Assembly (NCBI GenBank): GCA_016712315.1
Contig: JADJRG010000022.1
Location: 1,058,522-1,122,521 of the forward strand
Reading direction: 5' to 3'
Source of the DNA: Nannocystis sp.
Lineage (GTDB): Bacteria; Myxococcota_A; Polyangia; Nannocystales; Nannocystaceae
DNA: 64,000 nucleotides
Under the pieces are notes generated by a model, which saw only the letters and a program-made list of their open reading frames with translations, was not told the origin of the DNA and did no database searches. Position numbers and translations under genes: made by a program. Shown piece after piece: positions 63,338 to 64,000 of this stretch; within the stretch, counting starts at the first letter, position 1; each line of letters opens with the position of its first letter.

Positions 63338-64000
63338 CTACACGCGCCGATCGCCGGTCGCCGCCGCCACGGCGACGGCGATCCGCCAGAGCTGGAGGCC
63401 GACCCCCAGCGCCGCGATCAGCCGAGCAGCCCAGATCACCCACCCGTAGCCCAGCCCGCGGCTCACCACCGCCACCGCGGCCACCGCCAGGCCGGCGGCC
63501 GCCGACCACAGCAGCACCGCGCCCAGCGAGCGACGAGGCGCCGAGAACACCGCGGAGAACGCCCCCACCAGCGCCCGCGGGTGATACGCCCCGCCGCCGC
63601 ACAACACCGCGCGAGCCCGCGCGAGCTCGAGCGCGTGCGCGCAGATCGCCAGCCCCAACCCACCGATCACCAAGCGCGGCGTCGCGCCGATCTCCAGCGG
63701 ATCCGCCAAGACCAGCCCCAGCACCACCGCCCGCGGCACCCAGCCATAGAGCGCCAGCGCCGCGAAGCGCGGCACATAACGCGCGCTCTCGGCCGCCATC
63801 TCGGCGATCGACGCGGGCCCAGCCAGCCGCCGGATGATCCCGCCCGCCAACACGAGCTGCAAGAGGCCGCCGAGCAGCGCGCTCGCGATCCAAGCCGTCG
63901 CGAAGGCCACCACCACCGGCGGCTGAGCGACCAGCAGCTCCGCCAGCGCGGGCACCAACGCCCCGCGGTCGCTGAAGTGGTACGGCTGCAGCGCCGCCCC
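63338..64000 (-). CDS. Integral membrane protein, unknown function (5' end probably beyond the window)
   Basis: Hydrophobic ORF running to the window edge. Confidence 0.4.
   Translation of the reverse strand, partial: GAALQPYHFSDRGALVPALAELLVAQPPVVVAFATAWIASALLGGLLQLVLAGGIIRRLAGPASIAEMAAESARYVPRFAALALYGWVPRAVVLGLVLADPLEIGATPRLVIGGLGLAICAHALELARARAVLCGGGAYHPRALVGAFSAVFSAPRRSLGAVLLWSAAAGLAVAAVAVVSRGLGYGWVIWAARLIAALGVGLQLWRIAVAVAAATGDRRV

Noticed and set aside
1-64000. cas genes, transposases/IS elements, integrases or prophage structural genes near the CRISPR array, the tRNA pair or the defence pair
   Set aside because: None found by inspecting all long ORFs. The accessory modules appear embedded without recognisable mobile-element machinery in this window.

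Overview
Very GC-rich (roughly 70% G+C by inspection) chromosomal segment, probably from a member of Myxococcota. Two secreted proteins end in MYXO-CTERM-type sorting tails (Cys + hydrophobic stretch + Arg-rich end), and the window is rich in lipoproteins, FG-GAP, VWA and Ser/Thr-kinase genes. The housekeeping backbone is ftsZ, ftsQ-ftsA, lipA, rph-rdgB, aroE, pfkA, ggt, mtnP, tRNA-Arg/tRNA-Pro, an ABC exporter and a TauE permease. Several accessory modules are embedded in it:

- **CRISPR array** (3245-4507, flanking degenerate repeats reach 3174-4579): 18 perfect 36-bp repeats, with no cas gene anywhere in the window. The two genes on its left flank appear frameshifted.
- **T6SS-type prePAAR module** (6454-8844): prePAAR/PAAR effector with an unassigned C-terminal toxin domain, preceded by a candidate Eag-like chaperone and followed by a translationally coupled candidate immunity gene. 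Upstream of it (4808-6190) is a Cys-rich-repeat protein with a C-terminal fibrinogen-related domain.
- **Microviridin-like graspetide cluster**, all on the minus strand (10439-14493): precursor peptide (PFFAHLL leader motif, TKKYPSDDDE core), two ATP-grasp ligases and an ABC exporter.
- **Bacterial major vault protein homologue** (30702-33164): about 820 aa.
- **PARIS-like AriA/AriB pair** (37976-40239): ABC-type ATPase plus a DUF4435/TOPRIM-like protein, inserted directly after ftsA where ftsZ would normally sit. ftsZ itself lies about 21 kb away on the opposite strand, consistent with an inversion.
- **M15-like zinc peptidase** (40326-40745) and a further ATP-grasp gene (40847-42088) immediately downstream of the PARIS-like pair.

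Many long ORFs in the six-frame track are antisense or out-of-frame artefacts of the high GC content and were not called.
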